NCBI GenBank assembly: GCA_021785435.1
Contig: JAJYFE010000001.1
Span: forward strand, 9,497-73,496
Direction of reading: 5' to 3'
DNA length: 64,000 nt
Source: Planctomycetota bacterium
GTDB taxonomy: Bacteria > Planctomycetota > Phycisphaerae > WQYP01
Shown in pieces: positions 8,592 through 16,954 of the stretch; the first letter of the stretch is position 1, and each line of letters begins with the position of its first letter. Both the position numbers and the translations under genes were made by a program. The notes beneath the pieces are model-generated. The model was not told where the DNA came from. It did no database searches and saw only the letters and a list, made by a program, of their open reading frames with translations.

Positions 8592-9959
8592 TTATAACCG
8601 ATCGGCCGGTTTAACCACGCCCGGCCGGTCACGCGCCTCCGGGCTGGGCGTGGCCGGATTTTGTGGCGGCGGGTCTGGTAAAATGGGCAGGCCGCGGACG
8701 GCGGGAGCGGCGGGAGATTCCGCGCGCGGGGGAACCGGCCAGACGCAGCGCACGGTGGTGCCGACGCCGGGCGTGCTTTCCAGTTCCACCACTCCGCCCA
8801 ATGCGGCCACGGCATGTTTGACGATGGCCAGGCCCAGCCCCGTTCCGCGGTCCGCGCCGCCGCGGCTGCGATTGACCGTGTAGAAGCGTTCGAATACCCG
8901 GCCGATATCCTCCGGGGGGATGCCGCAGCCGGTGTCCCGCACCTGCAGCACCGTGGCCGTCCCCCGCCGCGACCAGCGCACCTCCACCCAGCCGGACGAG
9001 GTGAATTTAAGGCTGTTATCCAACAGGTTTTTAAGAATCAGGATGATCAGGCGCTCGTCGGCGGTAATGGTTTTGACGTCCAGGGCGCTGGGAAAGCGCA
9101 GCTCGAGATGCTTTTCCTGGGCGCTGGCGCCGAACAGGCCCAGCATGGCGTCGCGCAGTTCGGCCAGATCGATCGGCTCCAGGTGCAGGATGGCGCGGGA
9201 GTCTTCGGTGCGCGACAAATCTAGCAGATCCTGCACCAGCAGCTGCAGCCGCCGTACATGCCCGCCGATGATCCCCAGGCAGCGTTCCGCGACGGCCCGG
9301 TCGTGCAGACCGCTGCTGCGCATGGTTTCCACCGCGGCGCGAATACTGGCCAAGGGGGTGCGCAATTCGTGGCTGGCGTTGGCGGCGAAATCGGCCTTGA
9401 TCTGCATACTTTGCAGCAACTCCGTCTGGTCTTCCATCAGCAGCAGAATGCCCAGAAACACCTCCGGCGGCGCCACGCAGGGGAAGCGGGTCGCGGATGT
9501 TCCGCGCCTGGCGCGGGCGGCGCCGCGGGGCGCCGGCACGCCGGGCCGGGGGCGGGCCCAAAATTCGGCCGCTTCTGCGGCAGGGCGCACCGGCGCCACG
9601 GACAGCTGGACCATACGGGGATGGCCGGCGACGGAAAGGCGGATCTGCCGCCGCGGCGGAACCACCCCGCGGCGCGCCGCCGCCAACATTTCCGCTACGG
9701 CCGGCTGGGCCAGAAAGTCGGCCCACCCCGCGGCCCCTGCGGCGAGCAGTTCGCTGGCGCGGGCGTTGGCCAGGGCCACCCGCCCCGCTGCATCCAGAAT
9801 CAGCAGCGGGTGCTCCAGGTGCTCCAACAACGTGCGAAAGGAACTGGCTTGTAAAAGCAGTTGGGGACTCCGCGGTGTTGCGGATAAGCCCAGCGCCGCC
9901 AGCAGGCGGGTGATCGGTCCGTGAATCCAGGTTGGCCAACGCTGATCCATAATTTCCAT
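8592..9959 (-). CDS. Sensor histidine kinase (PAS-like N-terminus, HisKA, HATPase_c); orphan, with no adjacent response regulator
   Basis: H-box ASHELRTPL, N-box LLDNSLKFT, G-boxes DTGCGIP and GTGLGLAIVK. Confidence 0.85.
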   Translation of the reverse strand: MEIMDQRWPTWIHGPITRLLAALGLSATPRSPQLLLQASSFRTLLEHLEHPLLILDAAGRVALANARASELLAAGAAGWADFLAQPAVAEMLAAARRGVVPPRRQIRLSVAGHPRMVQLSVAPVRPAAEAAEFWARPRPGVPAPRGAARARRGTSATRFPCVAPPEVFLGILLLMEDQTELLQSMQIKADFAANASHELRTPLASIRAAVETMRSSGLHDRAVAERCLGIIGGHVRRLQLLVQDLLDLSRTEDSRAILHLEPIDLAELRDAMLGLFGASAQEKHLELRFPSALDVKTITADERLIILILKNLLDNSLKFTSSGWVEVRWSRRGTATVLQVRDTGCGIPPEDIGRVFERFYTVNRSRGGADRGTGLGLAIVKHAVAALGGVVELESTPGVGTTVRCVWPVPPRAESPAAPAVRGLPILPDPPPQNPATPSPEARDRPGVVKPADRL

Positions 9960-10034
9960 CCCGCCCGCCGGGATTGTCGATCACGCGGCTAAAAGCGGAT
10001 TTTAACCATGCCGCCGCGCCGCGAGAAGCCCGGC

Positions 10035-10330
10035 GGCCATTCTGCACCGCGTTGAAACGCAGTGCTGGCCGTGGCGCTTTGCCTGGACCGCCAATCCGGG
10101 AAATCTGGAACCTGAAACCGTCCTCATCGGTTCACCGCGTTGAAACGCGGTGCTTTCATTTCGGGCGCGACACAGTGCACGTTCCACGAGCACGATGCAC
10201 GGTACCTCCGGAGCACCGGGATTTATCCCGGTGAACGGTAGCACCCCGGGACGCAGGCATCCTACGCCAGCCCGCGGCACGACCGTAATCCCGCGCGTCC
10301 TCCCGGCACCGCGTTGCAACGCGGTGCCGG
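10035..10330. repeat. Cluster of four REP-like hairpins (CACCGCGTTGAAACGCAGTG 10044, CACCGCGTTGAAACGCGGTG 10133, CACCGGGATTTATCCCGGTG 10214, CACCGCGTTGCAACGCGGTG 10297) in one intergenic region
   Basis: Direct inspection; each has an 8-9-bp stem of the CACCG-N4/CGGTG type with a 3-4-nt loop. Confidence 0.85.
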
Positions 10331-10369
10331 CCCCCCCCTCAGGCGCGACGTGCCGCCGGGCGTTTCGAC

Positions 10370-11044
10370 CTATGCGGCGAATTCGAGCGTGCCAAAATAT
10401 TGCGGCTGGTGGAAATTCAACTCGCCGGTAATCGGCGACCAACTCGCCCAATGGGGGTGGGAGGTCTTATCGGCGCATTTGTAAAGATTGGCCCGCCAGA
10501 CCTGGCCGGCCGGGTTGCCCAGGGGTCCTAAGTAATGTTCAAAAAGTTTAAACGGGATGACATATTCGATCCGCCAGTGGACCGGCTCCGGCCGCTCCGG
10601 CTGAATCCGTTGGGGCAGGCTGTGATAAATCCGCAGGCGATCCAGCAAGTCCGCGGGTAGGGGCGTGAATTTCTTAAAACCGCGGCCGGGAATTCTTTGC
10701 CAATCTTCCATGTAATGGACCAGCGGCGTGCCGCCACAGTTGATTTCAAAGTTGAAATACGCGCCAGGCGGGCGGGGCTGCACAAAAAATTCCACACAAC
10801 TGTCCTGGCAGACGGATGATTGCGGCTGCGTGTTCACGCATTGCACGTAGCGGTCCTGCACATCGAAAATAACGTACAAACCTTCCGCATCGTACAGCAG
10901 CTTGGCCCTGGTGACGGGGTGATGTCCGCTGCCGCGGGAGTGGAATTGATCCACCGCCAAAATGGGGGCTGACGCCCAGATGGGATCATCCCAGGCGCCC
11001 CGCAAAGCGGGCTTGACGGCGGTTCGCTGAATCACGTAGTGCAT
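10370..11044 (-). CDS. Carbohydrate-binding family 9-like (CBM9/DOMON-like) domain protein
   Basis: N-terminal AWDDPIWASAP...AKLLYDAEGLYVIFDVQD matches the CBM9_2 pattern. Confidence 0.65.
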   Translation of the reverse strand: MHYVIQRTAVKPALRGAWDDPIWASAPILAVDQFHSRGSGHHPVTRAKLLYDAEGLYVIFDVQDRYVQCVNTQPQSSVCQDSCVEFFVQPRPPGAYFNFEINCGGTPLVHYMEDWQRIPGRGFKKFTPLPADLLDRLRIYHSLPQRIQPERPEPVHWRIEYVIPFKLFEHYLGPLGNPAGQVWRANLYKCADKTSHPHWASWSPITGELNFHQPQYFGTLEFAA

Positions 11045-11287
11045 CGGCCACCTCGAAAAGGGAAGGTTATGTGATCCGGAAAATCAGGAACTTCTCCAGC
11101 GGCGTGCGCCCGCCACCGGACCAGCGCTCTGTCGCCACTTATTTTTCGGGTACCCCGGCCGCCGCCGTTCACCGAGCTGAAGCCCGGTGCTTGGGGTTCG
11201 GGGGCGAGTCTGGGGCTCTTTCTCCCACCAGAAATTTATCGATTGACAAAGCACCAGCATCCAGCGCTCGGGCGCTTCCGGAAGCCC

Positions 11288-12541
11288 TTACGCGGCGCTG
11301 GCGGCCGCCGGCTGGAGTTCAAACAGCTCGCCGCCGCGATAAATGGCTTTCGCCTGGCGTAAAAACTCGGGATCGTCAAAGGGGCTGCCCGCCAGGATAA
11401 GCAGATCCGCCGGCTGCCCCGCCGCGATATTCGCCGGCGCCGCGCCCCACAAGCGACGCGGCGTGGAGGTCGCCGCGGCCAATACCTTTTCCATGCTTAG
11501 ACCGGCCTGCCGCAGGAAAAACAGCTCATCGATCAATCCGGTTCCATGCGCCACGCCGTAACTGCCGGCATCCGAGCCTGCCAGCAGGGGTACGCCTAGT
11601 TCATCGGCCAGGGCCGCCATTTCAAAGTGCTGCTTGAGGATTCCATCCAACCGGCGCACGGTCTCGGCATTCCAGCCGGCCAGTTCCGGCCGCGCGAATT
11701 GGAAATAGACGGGGGCAAACGTGGGATCCCAGGCTATTTGTTTATCCGCCATCATTTTCAGGATATCCGGCGACATGAAAAAGCCGTGCTCAATGGAATG
11801 GATGCCGGCTGCGGCGGCGACCTGCAGGCCCTCCGGCCCGCTGCAATGGGCAAAGGTGTGCAGCCGCAGCTGGCGGGCGGTTTCCACAATCAGGCGCGTC
11901 TCATCCAGGTTAAACTGCACCGGGCCTTTCATCCGGCCATGCTCAAAGTCGATAATGCCGGTCAGCAGAATTTTCAGATCGTCCGCTTCCGGCGCCACGC
12001 CGTGGATCGCCGGGACAATCCCGGCGGTATCGGTGATCGGCACACCGATAAAACCGCCGTATTGGCCCGCCTTGCGAAGACCGCGGCCGGCACTGCGCAA
12101 TTCGGGTTTCAGGCCCAGATGGCGGCGCAGGTTCTGTTTAAGGTGCGTGTTGACGCCGTAAAAATCGCCGGCGTCCCGAATCAGCGTGATTCCCGCGGCC
12201 AGATTCGCCTGCAGATTCCGCCAAGCCACCGCCATCATTTCGGGCAGCGGCGCCTTTAAATAGGCCTTGCGCACCTGAACATTCAGCTCGGCGCCATCGA
12301 GAAACAAATGGCAATGCGATTCCACCAATCCCGGCATGGCGAACGGAGCACGCAGGGCGCCGGCGGCAGGGGCGGCGGAGGCGTCCCCAGGCGCCGCGAC
12401 CGCGACCGCGGCGTTTTCATCCGGCGGAGCCGCGGCAACGCCCTGAATCACGCCATCGACCATATCCATGGCATAAGGGCCGGCGGCATGATACGCGGCG
12501 CCGTCAAAATAACTGTCCACGACCAGGCGAAAAGCGGCCAT
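11288..12541 (-). CDS. Metal-dependent amidohydrolase family protein
   Basis: HxH metal-binding motif (ESHCHLF), amidohydrolase TIM-barrel length. Its start ATG overlaps the stop of the upstream methyltransferase. Confidence 0.75.
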   Translation of the reverse strand: MAAFRLVVDSYFDGAAYHAAGPYAMDMVDGVIQGVAAAPPDENAAVAVAAPGDASAAPAAGALRAPFAMPGLVESHCHLFLDGAELNVQVRKAYLKAPLPEMMAVAWRNLQANLAAGITLIRDAGDFYGVNTHLKQNLRRHLGLKPELRSAGRGLRKAGQYGGFIGVPITDTAGIVPAIHGVAPEADDLKILLTGIIDFEHGRMKGPVQFNLDETRLIVETARQLRLHTFAHCSGPEGLQVAAAAGIHSIEHGFFMSPDILKMMADKQIAWDPTFAPVYFQFARPELAGWNAETVRRLDGILKQHFEMAALADELGVPLLAGSDAGSYGVAHGTGLIDELFFLRQAGLSMEKVLAAATSTPRRLWGAAPANIAAGQPADLLILAGSPFDDPEFLRQAKAIYRGGELFELQPAAASAA

Positions 12542-13470
12542 TAATCATCTTTCCGGTAGAGCTGCCGGACGCGCAGCAGGGCCTCGGTGCCTTCCAGCTG
12601 GATGGCCTCCTGAAAGCCCTTAAAAACGAAGTCCTCGGGCGGCAACAACTGATAGTCGCGGCCCGGCGTGCCCAAAATGGTGTCCAGACCGCAAGGCATG
12701 GTCAGGGTCAGGAACGACGACTCAATGCGCGTGGGAAGCGCGCCACCGTCGAGCGCCAGCTTCGGCAGCATAATGCCCAGATTGGATAGGCCCACCAGCC
12801 GGTGCACGCCGTGCAGCATCGGGTCGGCGTGCAACAGGCGAATCGCCTCCACCGCGCGGCGAATCAGACCTTCCGTATCGGTGGCGATGGGGCACAGAGA
12901 AACATCCACCAACAGATCGTCCGGCGTTAATCCATAACCATCCTGCAGCATCCGCCGCACCATGCGGTGGGCGGTTTGGGCAATCGCCGCGGCGGTGTCG
13001 TTGGCAACTTCCCGGCCGTTTTCTTTGCGCTCCGAGGCCATCAGCACCACTTTCGCGGGCTGAATTTTCAACACCTCCAGCATTTCCCAGCGCAGTTCGG
13101 AAACGGAATTGACAATGGGCTTGCGGCCGCGGGCCTTGGCGGCATCGTACGTTTTCAGGCATGTTTCCTGAACGGATTCATGCGGATAATCGAAAGACAG
13201 CGGTACATCCACCACCGCCTGGACCGCCCGAATCAGCTCCACCAGGAAGTGGGGGTCCTGGCCGGCCTTTTCCCCGACGTTGATGGTCAGATACTGGCAG
13301 CCTTTCTGAACCTGCGCCTGCGCCAAGGCCTGCAGACCGGCCAGATCCTGCCGCTCCAGCAACTCCCGTGACTTGGCGAATCCGGGGTTGATCCGTTCGC
13401 CGATGATGGTTAGATCCGTGGCAATCCGCCGCGTCGCCGGCGCGGCGCTGATAGAAGGCTGAGCATTCAT
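12541..13470 (-). CDS. Pterin-binding methyltransferase (methylcorrinoid:tetrahydrofolate methyltransferase, MtrH/AcsE/MtgA-like)
   Basis: Pterin-binding (DHPS-like) TIM-barrel similarity; sits directly downstream of a corrinoid protein. Confidence 0.7.
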   Translation of the reverse strand: MNAQPSISAAPATRRIATDLTIIGERINPGFAKSRELLERQDLAGLQALAQAQVQKGCQYLTINVGEKAGQDPHFLVELIRAVQAVVDVPLSFDYPHESVQETCLKTYDAAKARGRKPIVNSVSELRWEMLEVLKIQPAKVVLMASERKENGREVANDTAAAIAQTAHRMVRRMLQDGYGLTPDDLLVDVSLCPIATDTEGLIRRAVEAIRLLHADPMLHGVHRLVGLSNLGIMLPKLALDGGALPTRIESSFLTLTMPCGLDTILGTPGRDYQLLPPEDFVFKGFQEAIQLEGTEALLRVRQLYRKDD

Positions 13471-13475
13471 TCGCT

Positions 13476-14111
13476 TCAGGCTGCCACCAATTTCCGCGCC
13501 ACTTCCACCGCACTGGCCGCTTCCGCGGCATAACCATCCGCGCCGATTTCATCGGCAAAAGCCTGTGTGATGGGCGCCCCGCCAATCACCACCTTGATCT
13601 GGTTCAGGCCTGCGGCGTGAATCGCGTCGATGGTGGTCTTCATCGCGGGCATGGTGGTCGTCAGCAGGGCCGAGAGTCCTACCACATTGGCCTGATGTTC
13701 GCGGGCCGCGGCGACGAATTTATCCGGCGCCACGTTGGAACCCAGGTCGATCACATTGAAATTGGCGCCTTTCCACATCATGGCCACCAGATTCTTGCCG
13801 ATATCGTGCAGGTCGCCCTGGACAGTCCCGATGACGGCCGTATGGGTGGGCCGAATGCCCGCTTTCACCAAAACCGGCTCCAACAGCGCCAGAGCCTCTT
13901 TCATGGCCCGGGCGGCGATCAGCATTTCCGGCACGAAAATCTCGTTGCATTTAAACCGGCGGCCCACCTCATCCATCGCCGCCACCATGGCGTCGAGAAT
14001 TTCCCGGGCCGGGGTGCCGGCGGAGATGGCCTGACTGGTCAAGGCGGTGGCCTGCTTGCGATTGCCGCTTTTAATCGCCTCGGTCAATTGGCTCAGGGCG
14101 GCGGTAGTCAT
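13476..14111 (-). CDS. Cobalamin-binding corrinoid protein (B12-binding domain plus helical cap)
   Basis: B12-binding DxHxxG motif (GDLHDIGKN) and the helical cap of MtaC/MtgC-type corrinoid proteins. Confidence 0.8.
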   Translation of the reverse strand: MTTAALSQLTEAIKSGNRKQATALTSQAISAGTPAREILDAMVAAMDEVGRRFKCNEIFVPEMLIAARAMKEALALLEPVLVKAGIRPTHTAVIGTVQGDLHDIGKNLVAMMWKGANFNVIDLGSNVAPDKFVAAAREHQANVVGLSALLTTTMPAMKTTIDAIHAAGLNQIKVVIGGAPITQAFADEIGADGYAAEAASAVEVARKLVAA

Positions 14112-14268
14112 TGCGTTTCCTTTAAAAAACCGCGATACAACCACGGCCCGTCAGGGTATCATATCCCCGGCGGCTGTCAACCTGGCCACCGTTCCCGGAC
14201 TGCACCTGACCCTTCCGGCCCGTGAATGGTTACGCAACCTGTTACCTGGACCGCCTCCCGGCGGTACA

Positions 14269-15441
14269 ATGCACCGCATGGCGACCTTAAGCTATCGAAC
14301 CGCCGGTGAATCCCACGGGCCGGCCCTGCTATGCCTGATGGAGGGCCTACCGGCGGGCGTGCCGTTGAATCTCGATTTCATCAACGGCGAATTGCGGCGG
14401 CGGCAGGGCGGCTATGGCCGCGGCGCCCGCCAGCGGCTGGAATCCGATGCGGTCCAGCTTCTGGCCGGCGTGCGCCGCGGCCGCACCATCGGTTCGCCGG
14501 TGGCGGTCCAAATACTCAACCAGGACAGCCGCCTCGATGCAACCCCCGCGCTGGTAAAACCGCGTCCGGGCCATGCGGATCTGGCGGGGGCGATAAAATG
14601 GCTGACCACCGATTGCCGGGAAACACTGGAACGGGCCAGCGCGCGGGAGACCGCCAGCCGCGTCGCCGCCGGCGCCATCGCCCGATGTCTGCTGGACCAA
14701 TTCGCGGTCACGGTAGTGGGATGGGTGGTGCAGATCGGCACGGTGGCCGCCAACGTCGCACCCGATGCCGCGCCTGAAACGTTGCGTTCTGCCGCCGCAG
14801 CCAGCGAAGTCTACTGCCCGGATCCCGCCGCTTCGGCCGGTATGATCGAGCAGATCCAGGCGGCCAAGGCGCAAGGCGACACGCTCGGTGGTATCGTCGA
14901 AACCCGTGTCTACGGCTGCCCCATCGGTTTGGGCAGCTGTGCCCACTGGGACTGGAAACTGGACAGCCGCATCGCCGGGGCGGTAATGGGCATCCAGGCG
15001 ATCAAAGGCGTTGAGATCGGCCTGGGCTTCCGGATGGCCCAACTCACCGGGTCCCTGGTGCATGATCCGATAATCTACGACGCCGCCCGCCGCGACACGC
15101 CGGCCCTGGGCTTTATGCGCCAAACCAATAACGCCGGCGGATTGGAAGGCGGTATGACCAACGGTCAGCCGGTGGTGGTCCGCGCCGCGATGAAGCCGAT
15201 CAGCACGTTGCTCAAAAAGCCCATGCCCACGGTGGATTTGACCAATCACAGCGCCGCCCAGGCGGCCTATGAGCGTAGCGACGTGTGTGCCGTACCCGCC
15301 GCCGGGGTGGTGGTGGAAAACGTGGTCGCGTTTGAAATTGCCCGGGCCATGGTCGAAAAATTCGGCGGAGATTCCCTGGCGGAAATGCTTGCCAATTACC
15401 GCCATTACCTTTCCGCAGCGCGGCAACTCGGCTCCGGCTGA
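14269..15441 (+). CDS. aroC: Chorismate synthase
   Basis: Conserved N-terminus AGESHGPAL and full-length similarity. The ORF extends upstream to 14047, but ATG 14269 gives a canonical roughly 390-aa protein. Confidence 0.9.
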   Translation: MHRMATLSYRTAGESHGPALLCLMEGLPAGVPLNLDFINGELRRRQGGYGRGARQRLESDAVQLLAGVRRGRTIGSPVAVQILNQDSRLDATPALVKPRPGHADLAGAIKWLTTDCRETLERASARETASRVAAGAIARCLLDQFAVTVVGWVVQIGTVAANVAPDAAPETLRSAAAASEVYCPDPAASAGMIEQIQAAKAQGDTLGGIVETRVYGCPIGLGSCAHWDWKLDSRIAGAVMGIQAIKGVEIGLGFRMAQLTGSLVHDPIIYDAARRDTPALGFMRQTNNAGGLEGGMTNGQPVVVRAAMKPISTLLKKPMPTVDLTNHSAAQAAYERSDVCAVPAAGVVVENVVAFEIARAMVEKFGGDSLAEMLANYRHYLSAARQLGSG

Positions 15442-15560
15442 GCAGGCTAAGCCGCTCCCACCCGTGGCCGGTAGGTCGGGGAGTCGCTATGGCGACCTTG
15501 GGCGAGTCGCCTAGCGGTCTCATGGCGGCGACTCGCGGCTTAGCCCGCGCCGTGGCGGAG
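15440..15560. repeat. Structured GC-rich element downstream of aroC: GGCTAAGCCGC...GCGGCTTAGCC inverted repeat enclosing GTCGC(C)...GGCGAC hairpins
   Basis: Direct inspection; shares the GTCGCC/GGCGAC theme with the dispersed motif family. Confidence 0.5.
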
Positions 15561-15622
15561 CTTCAGCGCTGCCGCGGGTGACGACCCTGCCCGCCAACGC
15601 ATTCAATCCGCATTATTCCCGC

Positions 15623-16801
15623 CTAATCGTTCTCCAGCGAAAAAGTTGAAGTTTCGGATTGAACTTCTCCTGCCGAGCGGGTGGCGCCGGATGGCGGCGC
15701 GTTCCTTTCGCCCCCGGGCGAAGGTTCCCCGCACGGGCTGCTGCGGCGCGGCGCCGTGGGCGTGATGCGCCATAAAGCCGGGAACAAAGCCGTGATTTTC
15801 GTGCGCGGCACCGTGCGGGATTCATGCCGGGGATTCAGCGGTTGCAATAACAGTTCGCCGCCGGCATCCGGCGGCTGCCCGCCCGGGCTGGCCGTGGCCT
15901 GGTCCGCGGCCAAAAAGCGAATACGTTTGAAAGTGGTCGCGAAATTTGCCGCTTCATCCAGGCGAATTAGGCAGTCATCGCCGTCGCGCGGCACCGTGCG
16001 GCTGGAAAACACGACAATGTCGCCCGCCATATATTGCGGCGCCATGGAGTCGCCATCCACCCGCAGGGCCAACAAGCCTTCGGCTGCGGACGCGCCTTCC
16101 GGTTGATCCGGCAAGACCGCCGGCCCGACCACCTGCTGGTCCGCGATACCGACGGGGTAATCCAGATCGGTGAATTCCGCCGGTTTGCCCGCGGCCACCC
16201 GGTTAATCAGCGGTATGGACGTCAGCGGCACGAAACCCGCCCGGCCCTGGACCTCGACTGCCGCGGCGGCGGGTCTGCTCCCGGCACTCTTCGAACCCCT
16301 TTTCAGCAACTCGTCGAGGTTGATCGCCCCGTCGGAGCGCCTGGGTAGCGTTTCAGCGTCCGCAACCCCGGTCTTGCCTTCGCGTTTTTCAGGTATTTCG
16401 CGGCTAACATCCGTAAATTCCGTGCCAACCGCGGCCTCTTGATTGCCACCTGCGGACCGCATGATGAATCGCGCCCGCACTGAGGGCGGGGTTCGTAACC
16501 AATCCGCCAGTTCCACAAGACCTCCCGGCGTAAGCTCCAACGCCCGTTCCAGGCGGACCAGCTTTTCTGGTGACGGCGGCCCGATCAGGCGAGCGGTTTC
16601 GATATTTGACAAATAAGGCTTGCTGATGCCCGTGCTCGCGGCAAGTTGGTCCAAGGTCAAGCCCTTGCCCAAGCGAAACCGACGAACCAGTCGCCCTAAA
16701 TCGGATAAATTACGCACTTGTGCGGGGTTGCATTCCACCGGTTCCGGCGGTTGATTTTGCCTTTCGGGCTGAAGCTTTTTGCGTGCGTCATGCGTTGTCA
16801 T
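15623..16801 (-). CDS. XRE-family HTH plus S24 (LexA/CI-like) peptidase-domain transcriptional regulator with a long linker
   Basis: HTH cro/C1 (LTLDQLAASTGISKPYLSNIE) at the N-terminus and an S24 signature GDSMAPQYMAGDIVVF at the C-terminus. Confidence 0.7.
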   Translation of the reverse strand: MTTHDARKKLQPERQNQPPEPVECNPAQVRNLSDLGRLVRRFRLGKGLTLDQLAASTGISKPYLSNIETARLIGPPSPEKLVRLERALELTPGGLVELADWLRTPPSVRARFIMRSAGGNQEAAVGTEFTDVSREIPEKREGKTGVADAETLPRRSDGAINLDELLKRGSKSAGSRPAAAAVEVQGRAGFVPLTSIPLINRVAAGKPAEFTDLDYPVGIADQQVVGPAVLPDQPEGASAAEGLLALRVDGDSMAPQYMAGDIVVFSSRTVPRDGDDCLIRLDEAANFATTFKRIRFLAADQATASPGGQPPDAGGELLLQPLNPRHESRTVPRTKITALFPALWRITPTAPRRSSPCGEPSPGGERNAPPSGATRSAGEVQSETSTFSLEND

Positions 16802-16954
16802 AGCGACCTTCTTTCGTCTGATGGATACCATACAAACAATTCTATTGCGTCAGCAGCGATTGTCAAGCCATCGGGGACAATCCCAGCATGAAAATATAAG
16901 GTCGCCGCGGGCGACTTCCAGGCTATGAAGGAGGCGTGGCCATTTTCGAGGCGG

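Noticed and set aside
8920-10047. 334-aa plus-strand and 338-aa minus-strand ORFs overlapping the histidine kinase
   Set aside because: Antisense or off-frame to a well-supported HK gene; Arg/Ala/Gly-rich composition.
14111-14268. Cobalamin riboswitch upstream of the corrinoid-protein operon
   Set aside because: No B12-box (GCCACTG) on the sense strand, and the leader is only about 160 nt.
14347-15426. 359-aa minus-strand ORF
   Set aside because: Antisense to chorismate synthase; no motifs.
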